Part shown: positions 38,471 to 51,721 of the stretch, piece after piece
How positions within the stretch are numbered: position 1 is the first letter of the stretch
Layout of the letters: the number at the start of each line of letters is the position of its first letter
Assembly: GCA_030141605.1 (NCBI GenBank)
Contig: JAQGDQ010000412.1
Coordinates: 1 to 64,000, forward strand
Source: Tubiluchus corallicola
Lineage: Eukaryota; Animalia; Priapulida
Length of the DNA stretch: 64,000 nucleotides
Reading direction: 5' to 3'
The notes under the pieces: generated by a model
Seen by the model: the letters and a program-made list of their open reading frames with translations, nothing else
What the model was told of the DNA's origin: nothing
Database searches by the model: none
Made by a program: the position numbers and the translations under genes

Positions 38471-39699
38471 GTGATTTCAAATTTTTATGCAGATCACTTA
38501 GATCCCTGTTCAAAAGTAACTTCCCATATTTTGTCCATTACCTTAACTAATAATTCAAAACCTGATTCACCTTCCAGCCTAACCTTGTTAATTGCAGGCC
38601 TTTCACAAATTATTTAATAATACTTTAGTTTAATATTTGCAAAATCCATCTTTATTTTTGCAAAGCATTTCATTCATAAGCTTTTTAGGCTGTGACCAGC
38701 AAGTGTTTTGCTAACTGGTTGTGCCGCCTGGTGTTTGCTTTTTGTTGAACTAGCTTTAGGGCGAAATTAGTAATCTTGACAATTGAAGTGAAGTTAACCA
38801 GAGCTAAGACTAGAAAGTAATTAGATGAGTGACCACTACTAAAAATCACATACGCTAAAACATGGCTGACTTTGTTTAGGAATTGAAATTTTATTGAGTA
38901 AAGACTAGATAGCACACGGATGAGTCGTCACTACTAAAATCATGTTAGCCAAAACATGGCTGACTTAGTTTAGGAATTGAAGCTAGAGCCCCGATAGTAA
39001 ATGGATGGGTGACCATATCAAAATCACAGTGCACCTTCCTGGTCCAATGTCTACTCTTAGATGATTAGTTTTCATAAAGAGTGTAGTTGCGGTCCCTCCA
39101 CAACAACATGACCTTGCAGTTGAAATGCAAAAATATCCCTAATCTTAAACTCCTGTCTCTTAAGCAGCAGACCAAATCTGGCAAAGCCATTTGAAGTTAA
39201 TTTCTTGTCAGGCTTCAGTGTTGATTATTTTCAATTTAATCAATTCAATTTTGATCCTACAATCGTTAATGAAGCTTTTTTCTGTAATTTTTTCTATAAT
39301 TGTTGGTACGATTTTAAATGCCGATAACTTTCAATTTTATCCACGGCAATTTCAATCGTTCAATCTTTAATGGAGTTTTTTATGTTCTATAATTGTTGGT
39401 ACGAGTTCAATGCCGATTACTTTCAATTTTATCCACGGCAATTTCAATCGTTCAGTCTTTAATGGAGTTTTTGTATGTACTATAATTGTTGGTACTTTTT
39501 CATTGCCGATTACTTTCAATTTTGTCCACAATCGTTCATCTTTAAGGAACATTTTTGCGTACTGTATTTTTCAGTGATTATGTTCAGTTTCAACAAGGGC
39601 ATTTTGATCTTGTAGTCTTTAATTGGATGCTGTTTTTTGTAACGTATTTGTTGGTTCTGTTTCAATGCCGATTACATATTCGATTTCAACAAAGTAATT

Positions 39700-41490
39700 T
39701 TGATCTTGTAATCTTTAATTGGATGCTGTTATTCAACTTGACATAGGAATTTTGATCTTGTAATCTTTAATTGGATGCTGTTATTCAACTTCAACAAAGG
39801 AATTTTGATCTTGTAATCTTTAATTGGATGCTGTTATTCAACTTCAACAAAGGAATTTTGATCTTGTAATCTTTAATTGGATGCTGTTATTCCACTTCAA
39901 CAAAGGAATTTTGATCTTGTAATCTTTAATTGGATGCTGTTATTCCACTTCAACAAAGGAATTTTGATCTTGTAATCTTTAATTGGATGCTGTTATTCAA
40001 CTTCAACAAAGGAATTTTGATATTTTAATCTTTAATTGGATGCTGTTATTCAACTTCAACAAAGGAATTTTGATATTGTAATCTTTAATTGGATGCTGTT
40101 ATTCAACTTCAACAAAGGAATTTTGATCTTGTAATCTTTAATTGGATGCTGTTATTCCACTTCAACAAAGGAATTTTGATCTTGTAATCTTTAATTGGAT
40201 GCTGTTATTCAACTTCAACAAAGGAATTTTGATATTTTAATCTTTAATTGGATGCTGTTATTCAACTTCAACAAAGGAATTTTGATATTGTAATCTTTAA
40301 TTGGATGCTGTTATTCAACTTCAACAAAGGAATTTTGATATTGTAATCTTTAATTGGATGCTGTTATTCAACTTCAACAAAGGAATTTTGATATTGTAAT
40401 CTTTAATTGGATGCTGTTATTCCACTTCAACAAAGGAATTTTGATCTTGTAATCTTTAATTGGATGCTGTTATTCAACTTCAACAAAGGAATTTTGATCT
40501 TGTAATCTTTAATGGAGCTGTTATTCAACTTCAACAAAGGAATTTTGATCTTGTAATCTTTAATTGGATGCTGTTATTCAACTTCAACAAAGGAATTTTG
40601 ATCTTGTAATCTTTAATTGGATGCTGTTATTCAACTTCAACAAAGGAATTTTGATCTTGTAATCTTTAATTGGATGCTGTTATTCAACTTCAACAAAGGA
40701 ATTTTGATCTTGTAATCTTTAATTGGATGCTGTTATTCAACTTCAACAAAGGAATTTTGATATTTTAATCTTTAATCGGATGCTGTTATTCAACTTCAAC
40801 AAAGGAATTTTGATCTTGTAATCTTTAATCGGATGCTGTTATTCAACTTCAACAAAGGAATTTTGATCTTGTAATCTTTAATTGGATGCTGTTATTCAAC
40901 TTCAACAAAGGAATTTTGATCTTGTAATCTTTAATTGGATGCTGTTATTCAACTTCAACAAAGGAATTTTGATCTTGTAATCTTCAATTGAATGCTGTTA
41001 TTCAACTTCAACAAAGGAATTTTGATCTTGTAATCTTTAATTGGATGCTGTTATTCAACTTCAACAAAGGAATTTTGATATTGTAATCTTTAATTGGATG
41101 CTGTTATTCAACTTCAACAAAGGAATTTTGATCTTGTAATCTTTAATTGGATGCTGTTATTCAACTTCAACAAAGGAATTTTGATCTTGTAATCTTTAAT
41201 CGGATGCTGTTATTCAACTTCAACAAAAGAATTTTGATATTGTAATCTTTAATTGGATGCTGTTATTCAACTTCAACAAAGGAATTTTGATCTTGTAATC
41301 TTTATTTGGATGCTGTTATTCAACTTCAACAAAGGAATTTTGATCTTGTAATCTTTAATTGGATGCTGTTATTCAACTTCAACAAAGGAATTTTGATCTT
41401 GTAATCTTTATTTGGATGCTGTTATTCAACTTCAACAAAGGAATTTTGATCTTGTAATCTTTAATTGGATGCTGTTATTCAACTTCAACA
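39700..41490. repeat. 53-bp satellite array x~34
   Basis: Unit ttcaacttcaacaaaggaattttgatcttgtaatctttaattggatgctgtta. Confidence 0.97.
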
Positions 41491-41859
41491 ACGTAATTTC
41501 GATCATGTAATCTTTAAATGGCGTCTGTTTTCTGTACCGTTATTGTTGGTACAGTTTCAATGCTGACTGTTACGTTCAACTTTATCAAGCAGTTTTAACT
41601 GTGCAATCTTTCATAACGTGCATTTCTCCATATGTCATGACAGGAGTTTTTCCCTGATACCTTGGTATTTTTTGAAATATTCTAGTTTCGGTACTGTTTA
41701 CCTTCGTCATTGTCATGTCACTTTATGTGATATATTAGCAGTAGTTGCCACCACTGTTATCAGTTTTACTTGTTTACTGCTTTAGTACTGATTAATAATC
41801 AGTGATTATGTTCAATTTCATCAAGTCAATTTTTTAAAATATTCAGTTTCTCTCTTATA

Positions 41860-43550
41860 AGGCATTTGTCGCTTTGATGGCAGTTTTTTCGTTACTATTA
41901 CATCATTTTTATGTGACACGTTGATGATGGTACTTTCCATCACTGTTCTATAACATCCATCACTATATTGTGACATGGCTAAGTATCATGTTACTCGATG
42001 AAGACATTAACAGTGACTCGCATCACGTTATCATGTCTCTTCATTTGTCGCCTTGATGGCAGTTTTTTCAGTTACTATCACATCATTTTATGTGACACGT
42101 TCATGATGGTAGTTTCCATCACTGTTCTATAACATCCATCACTATGCTGTGACATGGCTATGTATCATGTTACTCGATGAAGACATTAACAGTGAGTCGC
42201 ATCACGTTATCATATCATTCATTTGACGCCTTGATGGCAGTTTTTTCGTTACTATCACATTTTATGTGACACTATCACTACATTTTTTTCATGAACCAGT
42301 AATGTTAATTTCCATCATTTTGTCATACAAAGATTTGTTCATCCTTTTCCAGCATATGAGGAATAATGGCTGAATGTTTTTTATATGAAAATAATTGCTA
42401 TTATGACACACAACCTTGTATATAGTCAAGCTGTTATTTTGACTATAGGCATCAAGTTTGCCACGTTGCATAATTAAAACCTTGTATATAGTCAAGCGTT
42501 TATTTTGACTATAGACATCAAGTTTGCCACCTTGCATAATTTAAAGATGTTGCCTAATATTGTAACCATGGCTGTCCATGTATAGATAACGTTTGAATAT
42601 ACAATCAATTAAATATGGCTAAAATATTAAATATGGCTGAAATATGTGTCGCCATGTTATTAAAAATTAGCTTCCCACCGCCTGGTCACTATCGGCATGG
42701 GAGGGGGATCAATTCTATTATGAACACTTTTAACGGTTCGAATCCTTAAAACGTTTTGAGCGTACTTTAAACAATTACGCTTCTTAATTAAAGAACCATT
42801 GGTGCTTCAAATCATTAAAACGTTATGAGCGTACTTTAAACAATTACGCTTCTTAACTAAAACAACATTTGTGCTTCGATTCATTACAACGTTTTGAGCG
42901 TACTTCAAACAATTACGCTTCTTAATTAAAACAACATTTGTGCTTCAAATCATTAAAGCGTTTTGAGCGTACTTCAAACAATTACGCTTCTTAATTAAAG
43001 CACCAGAAATAGAAGTTATTATTAATGATTATTGTTTTCAATCCCCCTCCCCCTGCTCTTCAGAAAATTCCTCCTCATCGGCTCGGTAACTGCCGCCTCA
43101 CAAACATCCAGCATCATCAGCATCGTGGTCACTCTATCTTATAAATAACATACTGTAGCTTATACAATATACTGCAGTTTTTAGAAATACTGCAGCTTAA
43201 AGGATATGTAACAAATAATAGAACATATTGCAGCTTGTATGATATATTGTTGTTTGTTGAAGGTTGCAGTTTCTAGAAATATCGCAGCTTATAGGACGTG
43301 TTACAATTAACAGAATATACTGCAGTTGCTACGATATATTGCAGTTAACAGAATATTGCAGCTTATAGGACGTGTTACAATTAATAGAATATACTGCAGT
43401 TGCTACGATATATTGCAGTTAACAGAATATTGCAGCATATAGTGTATGTTACCATTAATAGAATATACTACAGTTGCTACGATATATGGCAGTTAATAGA
43501 ATATTGCAGCTTATGGGATATGTGACAATTACTAGAATATATTGCAGCAT
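41860..43550. repeat. Cluster of short tandem duplications (~180-bp x2, 66-bp x2, ~70-bp x4, ~80-bp diverged)
   Basis: Direct inspection at 41860-42280, 42410-42540, 42740-43000 and 43150-43550. Confidence 0.8.
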
Positions 43551-44229
43551 ATATTGCACTTTAGAATACAATGCATTGCAGAAAATTTGTGTTGAATGTC
43601 AACTTTAAATATTATGCTAAATATGTAAGCACTTTTATATTTTATATTAAAAAATCCGAGAAACTGTAATGTATTCGCTGATGATGCTGAAGCTCTAAAT
43701 TGCTAATAGCAATTAACGTTCAAATTGAAATGTAATTCTCCAAACCTCCGGAGAGAAGTTTGGGTCATCTTGCACTGGCTTTTGGCTTGGCACATCCTCC
43801 CAGTACAAAGCTGTCTTGCACTGGCTTTTAACGTGCCAACATTGAAATAAATATTTTTGCTTATCACCTCCAAAGAGAAACTGCGTTGAATCAGTTTTAG
43901 CTTTTGTTGCTGACATTAAAATGAATATTTTTGCTCATAACAGGAGAAGTTGTCTTGAACTTGTTCTCAATTTTAGAATGAACATTTTTGAACATCAAAG
44001 AAATGTTCAGTTGAACAGATTTGGAACGTTTTGAACATTTTTTCTACATATATTTTAATGAACATAATAGTAATCATAACAAAAATACGGAGTCCTCCAT
44101 GGGTCCAGTTACCGAGCCTTCAGAAGTCTATAATATAGCAGCTTAACTCTTAGTATAACCACTGCTATAACTACAGAATTATGTAAATATGTAAATACAG
44201 AATTTTTTTGAATATTGTTTGATGAAATG

Positions 44230-44760
44230 ATACAAATTGGAGTTTTTTGACTTTTTTCTCCATTGTAAATAAATTGTTTGATGATATGATTTGACTTGTT
44301 CTTGAAATGTAAATTGGAGTTTTTGACTTTTTTCTCCATTGTAAATTGTTTGATGATATGATTTGACTTGTTCTTGAAATGTAAATTGGAGTTTTTTACT
44401 TTTTTCTCCATTGTAAATTGTTTGATGATATGATTTGACTTGTTCTTGAAATGTAAATTGGAGTTTTTTACTTTTTTCTCCATTGTAAATTGTTTGATGA
44501 TATGATTTGACTTGTTCTTGAAATGTAAATTGGAGTTTTTTACTTTTTTCTCCATTGTAAATTGTTTGATGATATGATTTGACTTGTTCTTGAAATGTAA
44601 ATTGGAGTTTTTTACTTTTTTCTCCATTGTAAATTGTTTGATGATATGATTTGACTTGTTCTTGAAATGTAAATTGGAGTTTTTTACTTTTTTCTCCATT
44701 GTAAATAAATTGTGAATATGTTACTTGTTCTTGAAATCTATTGGAGTTTTTTCTTTTTTC
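44230..44760. repeat. 69-bp tandem array x~7
   Basis: Gives the 23-aa repeat ORF 44109..44699. Confidence 0.95.
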
Positions 44761-46279
44761 TCATTGTTAGTTTGATTAACATTTGACAGTTTTGAAATAT
44801 AATTTGACAGTTAATTTTGACATTGTAATTGTAATATTTGTATGAAATGTGACGGTATTGTAACTATCACTTTCTCATTGTAAAGCTGGAATATTTTGAG
44901 TGTTTTTATGTTTACCCATGTAATGTAAGTATGTTGAGATATGACTTACTGTTCTTGATAAGAACTTTTTTCTTTTTAAATGCTATGAATGATTTGTTGT
45001 TCTATAGTGGTTTTATAATGTAATGGTATGTTTGCTTAACCCTTGTAGGGTCACGATTCCCTGCCCCCCACACCATAATTGTGTATTGTAAATAAACAAT
45101 TTTTGTATTTAAACAAATCAGATACTTTTATTCTGCTTGTATACTCCCATAAATGTTGTTTAAACTAAATGTATAATTACAGGACAAACGTCCTATTAAC
45201 GAGAACACACAACATTTTAACAACGCATTTTAATAACACACCACAAGCAGTTACTGGGTCAGCTTTTCAACAACATTTTAACAACGCATTTAATAACACA
45301 CCACAAGCAGTTACTGTGTCAGCGATTATTACACGTTAATGGCTAAAAGATTTGATAATAAAAAAGTAAACAATGACATGGTATTGCATGTTGTGAAAAT
45401 GGGTGGAGGTGGTACGTTTTGTTTGCTGTTTTCACGCTTACTTTCTCGTTTGTTTAATTCTTTGCTCACTGACTTTTTGCTGTTTCGCTTGCTTATTTGC
45501 TTGATTACTTGCTTATGTTTCTTGTTTTAATTTTACTTTTGCTTAGTTGTTTGCTCCCTTTTTGTTCTTACAAAAATATGAATTAATATATTATATTATT
45601 AATAATTTAAAATGTTGGCACAAGCTGGTAAAACGACACGGGTTAGCTGTCCCAGGGTGCACTTAAACTACTACAATAATGTGTGCTGCCACCTACATTT
45701 AAAATTATTATGGAACTGGAGTCGATGTTTAATCCAGGTTTGGCCTTGGCCAGTGCTGCTCAGTCACCTGTACCTGCTGGGCTTCCCATATATGGGAATG
45801 TAGATTGCCAGTGAATTTCACTAGCCAATCAGGTAAGCTCAGTGGGTGCATGTGACTTGGGTAGCTCTGCATGGGTCTTTTTTTCTTGAGCATTGCTGTT
45901 GAATGGTCTTTCACAGTTCAACACAAATTCATATTCTTTATTTTAACCACCAGATTGAGACAGTCTACAATAGTCTACACTAACTTCAGTCTAATATACT
46001 TTAAACTCTCTACAAATTCAATCCTTCTATGCTTTTATACTTTATTTAAGCACTAGATATTCGATTGTGAATGAATGTTTGTTAACTAAAGCCAGGTTTG
46101 TGGCATTTCAAACAGGTTTGGATTCAATCTTTCTCTGAGAGTAAATTAAACCAGTTTTAAATATCCAATTGTGAGTGAGTGTGAACATAGTGCCCTCGAC
46201 CTGAGACCCTCAACTAGCAACAATGCGCGTTTATTCAAGTAGTGTTTTGATCTTCAATGTTGTTCTTTTGTCTTTTGCA

Positions 46280-46435
46280 GTATAACCTCTTCCACCGTAC
46301 GAACAACTACCAGTAGTCCTACCTCAGATTACCGAACTGCAGCCGGAATACCCCCTGCCATCAAATTTAAAACAAATCAAGTCTTTCGACGAATTCAAAT
46401 CAAAATGAAAAATACATACATTAAATCGTTTTGAA
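46280..46435 (+). mobile_element. Degenerate 3' end of CR1/L2-type LINE ORF2
   Basis: Frameshifted ...LPSNLKQIKSFDEFKSK/KNTYIKSF*, resembling the WNxLP..IK...S...FK..LK C-terminus. Confidence 0.4.
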
Positions 46436-46569
46436 AACCCAACTTACGTAAACGATAATATATAATTCATCCGCAAATTTTATTTACCCGCGTCCATTTT
46501 AAATTATATGTATATATTGTATATAGTATATATAGCCTATTATAATTTCCGTGTAATATTATAATGTAT

Positions 46570-46996
46570 ATTTTGTTTTAAATGTTTGGCACAGTAGTTT
46601 TTAGTTTGCACTGGATGCATTTGCCTTTAAAGGTTGTGTGAATTTTATTCTCATGCTGCGATGTTTTTTTTATGCTTTTATAGTTATGAATATCCATTTT
46701 TTATGACAAATAAAGATTGTTACATATATTCGTAACTATATATATATATAACATGTAATTGTATATATATATATATATATTATAATATATTGTGATATCA
46801 AGCGGCTTATATATATATGCTATTGCACATCAATTTTGCAAGTACCATATAATGGTATATACACACAATAGCATATATATATATATATAAGCCGTTTGAT
46901 ATCACAATATATCATAATATATATGTATATATATATATATATACAATTACATGATAGATATATCTATATATCTATATTTATATGCTATTGTATTTT

Positions 46997-47035
<39 letters not shown>

Positions 47036-47375
47036 ATCTTTATTTGTCATAAAAAATCGATATTCATAACTATAAAAGCATAAAAGAACATCGCAGCATG
47101 AGAATAAAATTCACACAACTGTTAAAGGCAAATGCGTCCAGTGCAAACTAAAAACTACTGTGCCAAACATTTAAAACAAAATAAGAAGACACATCAATTT
47201 TGCAAGTACCATATAATGGTATATACATACAATAGCATATAAATATATATATATAGATATAGATATAGTTAGATAGATAGATAAATTGATATAGATACAT
47301 AAATATGTCTATCATGTAATTGTATACATATATACATATATATATATGCAAAATTGATGTGTTTTCTTATTCATA
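46570..47375. repeat. Nested AT-rich inverted/direct repeat (foldback) structure
   Basis: 46574-46720 is inverted at 47030-47180; inner dyad 46780-46830 / 46868-46920; 46827-46880 repeats directly at 47190-47240; 47180-47203 is inverted at 47348-47372. Confidence 0.75.
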
Positions 47376-47633
47376 GGCTTTTAAAACGTTGAAAAAAATC
47401 TCTAACAAACATAAAATTGCAATTGATAATTGACGTTAAGGATGTAAAGTCAACATTGTTGAATCTTCTTCTAGATTCAGCTGTTAAATGACTGACCATC
47501 AAAACGTGCTTGCAGTTTGGATTTCTCCGTAGCGCCATCTATCGGTTTCAACTTTCAAATAGTGCGCCAGGAGTCTCAATCGCGTTATAGGCAATGCCGT
47601 ACATCTCAAGTGGGGAATAACGGGTGCTATTAA

Positions 47634-48072
47634 CCCTTTCATACCCGTTGTATCCCATGGGATACGAGAATATTTTCTGCCCTTAAAATTAATAAAATTT
47701 TAAAACTGACAGTTATTTGATCTTTTAATAATTATTTTGATTTAAGCCAATAACAATCGACTAAAAATGGTGATAAAATGGCAAACTAGAAAATCTACAT
47801 AGCATAAAAAAACTGCGCAAGGTACAGTATTTTAGAAACGACTTTGTACAGATCAGCATAGCGTGCATACTAAATGTTTTAGATACTTTAAAAAATTATC
47901 AGCAGTTATTTTTTGCTTCCATTGAATCCCAATGTATCCCGTGGGATGCAGGCTATATTTAGCACTCGGGCACAGGTAGAAAAAAATAATTATTATGTGT
48001 AAACAAGATGGACCTACTGAACAAAAGTACCAAGCCAAAAAATGTTTTCTTAATAATTTGGGACTGAAAGGT
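47634..48072. mobile_element. piggyBac-like MITE
   Basis: TTAA|ccctttcataccc ... gggactgaaaggt|TTAA: TTAA target sites and imperfect TIRs. Confidence 0.6.
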
Positions 48073-48344
48073 TTAATATAACAAGGGATAAAGGCTCAAT
48101 TCTATATTAGAGCAACAGAATAAGGAGAAAAATCAAGTATTTCTAAAACAATTTGTCTGTGATTTACCATTTCTGCTCCTATTTCATTCAAAACGAAAAT
48201 ATTTTTATCAGAAATGTTGTGCAACACGTGACGAAATAATGAAAAACGGCAAAAATAAAAGCTTTAATTAATTAATTACCTGTAAAAGTTTGTGGTGGGA
48301 CTTATTATGCACAAAACTAATAATTTCTTTCCTCTTTTCTATTG

Positions 48345-48440
48345 TTTCTTCCTTCTGACTCTCTCTCTCTCTCTTTCTTTCACACTCTGTCTCTCTCTCT
48401 TTCTTTCACACTCTCTCTCTCTCTTTCTTTCTCTCTTTCT

Positions 48441-48498
<58 letters not shown>

Positions 48499-48518
48499 GT
48501 CTCTCTCACTTTCTCTCT

Positions 48519-48562
<44 letters not shown>

Positions 48563-48665
48563 CTTTCCGCCTCTCTCTCTCACTTACTCTCGCTCTTTTC
48601 TCGTTCATTCCCTCTCTCTGTCCCTCTTATTTATCTTCTCTGGTTTTTTATTCTTCCTATTTCTT
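48345..48665. repeat. CT-rich microsatellite
   Basis: Direct inspection. Confidence 0.9.
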
Positions 48666-48724
48666 TGCATTTTTATTTCACTTATAAATCTGATGATGAT
48701 AAATTTTAATGACATTTTCTTTAG

Positions 48725-48832
48725 TGTGTGGGAAGTGGTTGAAACAAGTGGGATTGATAATACTGAGCAAGTCGCTGTGGGAACAAGTTGTGTGGCTTCG
48801 CGATGGAGCGCAGTCATTATACGTGCGACTCG
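48725..48832 (+). other. Candidate 108-nt internal exon of unknown gene
   Basis: ttttctttag acceptor and CG|gtaagc donor, GC-richer than flanks, open in two frames. Confidence 0.35.
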
Positions 48833-48845
48833 GTAAGCTCTCTAA

Positions 48846-49656
48846 TGGCGCGTTCACACATAGAGAGTTCTCTCACAAGTTCTCTCTGAAAGTAAACTCA
48901 CAAGTGTGAATGCCTGTGCAACAACTTGCAAAAGAACTCTGTAGGCTGAAGCCTTTTGTTTGCAGACGCATACCGGGCGTTCAGACTAGCGAGTTTTCTC
49001 GTCAAGTAACTCTCATATGTGTTCAGACTAGCGAGTTTTATCGTCAAGTAACTCTCATATGCGTTCAGACTAGCGAGTTTTCTCGTCAAGTAACTCTCAT
49101 ATGCGTTCAGACTAGCGAGTTTTCTCGTCAAGTAACTCTCATATGTGTTCAGACTAGCGAGTTTTCTCGTCAAGTAACTCTCATATGTGTTCAGACTAGC
49201 GAGTTTTCTCGTCAAGTAACTATCATATGCGTTCAGACTAGCGAGTTTTCTCGTCAAGTAACTCTCATATGTGTTCAGACTAGCGAGTTTTCTCGTCAAG
49301 TAACTCTCATATGTGTTCAGACTAGCGAGTTTTCTCGTCAAGTAACTCTCATATGTGTTCAGACTAGCGAGTTTTCTCGTCAAGTAACTCTCATATGTGT
49401 TCAGACTAGCGAACAAAACTTGCTGCGAGTTACTCTCCGACTGTAAGCACGAGCTGACACTCAGTTGTCTATTCGGAGCGAGAAGTAGCGAGAGTAACTC
49501 GCCGAGTCGTTCACACTAGACGGTAAATCAAGTTGCAGCAGCTGTCGGAGAGTTTCCAATTTCTTGTCGACAGTAACTCGCAAAACAGTTCACACTTGCG
49601 AGTTTGCTGTCAGAGAGAAAACTCCGGACAGAAAACTTGCTTGTCTGAACGTGCCG
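48846..49656. mobile_element. PIF/Harbinger-like MITE containing a 42-bp tandem array (48978-49412)
   Basis: TAA|tggcgcgttcacaca ... tgtctgaacgtgccg|TTA: TIRs with TWA-type flanks. Confidence 0.7.
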
Positions 49657-50700
49657 TTATGTTGATTAGAAAAACTTCAACTTGCAAATCTATGTAGTTA
49701 GTGTATATCTAGACACACTTCAAATTGAGGAGCCTACACTAATGTGGCATATGACTCATGTACCAATTCTAAATTTCGCACAGACTAATAAGCAAAAAAA
49801 TAATAATTTGACTGCCCATTTTTCCACCAATGATGTCGTTCACCGACTGAAAAAAAGCAATATGCTATCAATTTCCGTATAAAGTACAGCAGGTTTCTAT
49901 GAAAAAAACTGACGTTAATTTTGTATATTTTTGCATCAACATTATTTAAGCTGCAGAAGTTTAAATTAGTTTAAGCAGCACGAAATAAAGAAAAGTCACG
50001 ATGCGTTTTTATTTTCAAGTGAATTTTCATTGGAATTAAATCATCTCTCAAAGAGAAAATTTGTCAGACAAATACAGCAGAAAAAACGTCGCTCAGAAAT
50101 AGCTTTCAAGACAACCACCCATTAGTTTACTAATCCAACAGGAAGCAGCTGGCAGAGAATTGAGAATTGAGCAACGCATACATATACGTAGTTTGAGTGA
50201 TACTGTTATGGTAATTAATATTTCTGTTAAATGTAAATTCGCTGGTGCAATCGAAAATGATAATAAGAAAGAACTATTTCGACATAAAAAAAGTTAGTTT
50301 AACTTTGTATTTATTTGTTAATTTACATTAGTTTCACGGTTACTATATTCCTATTAACAAGAACAAACCTTCTACATATCACAGTTTTTATAATTATAAA
50401 ATTCTTATTTTTCATTATATGTTGCATTTCTAGACTGCTTTTAACAAATTAAAATTTTTAAATAACATATAAGTGTAGTATTTACGAATTAGCAGTAAAT
50501 GAAATTTAAAAGTTTTGTAAATTTTCATGAATAAACATGCAATAATATGGCAATAACAATCTAGAGCTTTTATTGATTTTTCTATTCAGACATTTGTCAA
50601 ATTACAGGATATAAAAAACCTTCGTCAAGTACAAAACTATTTATTACACATCTGTGCATATCAAAATAGTATCACAGTTTTTCAAATGGCGAAGCACTTA

Positions 50701-50735
<35 letters not shown>

Positions 50736-50865
50736 ACAGTTTTTGTAAATGTGCGTGTGCACTTAAAGTATGTGTGTGTGTGTGCGTGCGTGTTGGATCT
50801 GTTTATTAGTGATATCTCAGTAGTATATCTTGTATCTTAGAAGTAATACAGTTTTATTACTTAGA

Positions 50866-51135
50866 TATCAGGTGGCACAAAAAAAACGTGCCCAGAATTT
50901 GATTATAAAATTACAAGATGAAAATAATGGAATCTCTTGAAAATTGTCACATTAATGTTGCACATAAATTTGTGTAAACACCAAAAAATTCTAGACCATT
51001 CCCTAAACAGAAGTTTTAAATCAACAAGCCAAAAAATAATAACAAATGCGCGAAAAAAATTGCATTTCACTTGTTAAAATTTAAAATTTAGTTAAAAGTA
51101 CTGTACATGACCACCATTTTCAGTGCAAACTAGAC
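50866..51135 (-). mobile_element. Tc1/mariner 3' end remnant
   Basis: Minus strand encodes ...VCTENGGHVQY (C..xGGH transposase C-terminal motif), then a TIR-like caggtggcacaaaa end near a TA. Confidence 0.4.
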
Positions 51136-51151
51136 ATATACATACATATGT

Positions 51152-51193
<42 letters not shown>

Positions 51194-51307
51194 ATTCACA
51201 CAGTGGAAACCATGATATTTGCTAGTAATGATTTACATCTTGGTGGTACTTCTGTCAGAGCATGCCCTACATATCACAGCAGAAATATGATTTACATTAG
51301 CAAAATA

Positions 51308-51721
51308 CAGTCAACCTCTGGTATAAGGTACTCGCTTATAAGGGACGCTCGCTTATAAGGGACCACCAACACAAGGGACTTTCGGTTATAAGGGACGATA
51401 TCTTCAGGTCCCGCATAATAGAAACCCAGGTAAATTACCTCGTATATAAGGGAGCCTGTAACCAAAGCGAAATAGATCGACTTTTAACCTCAATTTTTTG
51501 CAAACTCGACCTTCGAACAGCTCGCATCACTGAACGAGCCGTACCTACGTACCGTTTGCACTGAACATGTAGCAATAATCCATCGAAATATGGGTAAAAG
51601 TACAGAAAAGTACAGGTCTAGATACACCCTCGGTCTGACTCAACTTCGGCTACAAGAAACATCAGATACAAGGGACGGTTTTTTCCGGTCCGGAGGTGTC
51701 CTTTATATCCGAGGTTGACTG
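51308..51721. mobile_element. Tc1/pogo (Tigger-like) MITE
   Basis: TA|cagtcaacctc...gaggttgactg|TA perfect TIR ends, internal ataagggac subterminal repeats. Confidence 0.85.

Noticed and set aside
43713-43916. Exon-like GC-richer ORF (CWHVKSQCK...) as another zinc-finger exon
   Set aside because: No AG acceptor at the expected site and it lacks the GN/H/C pattern.
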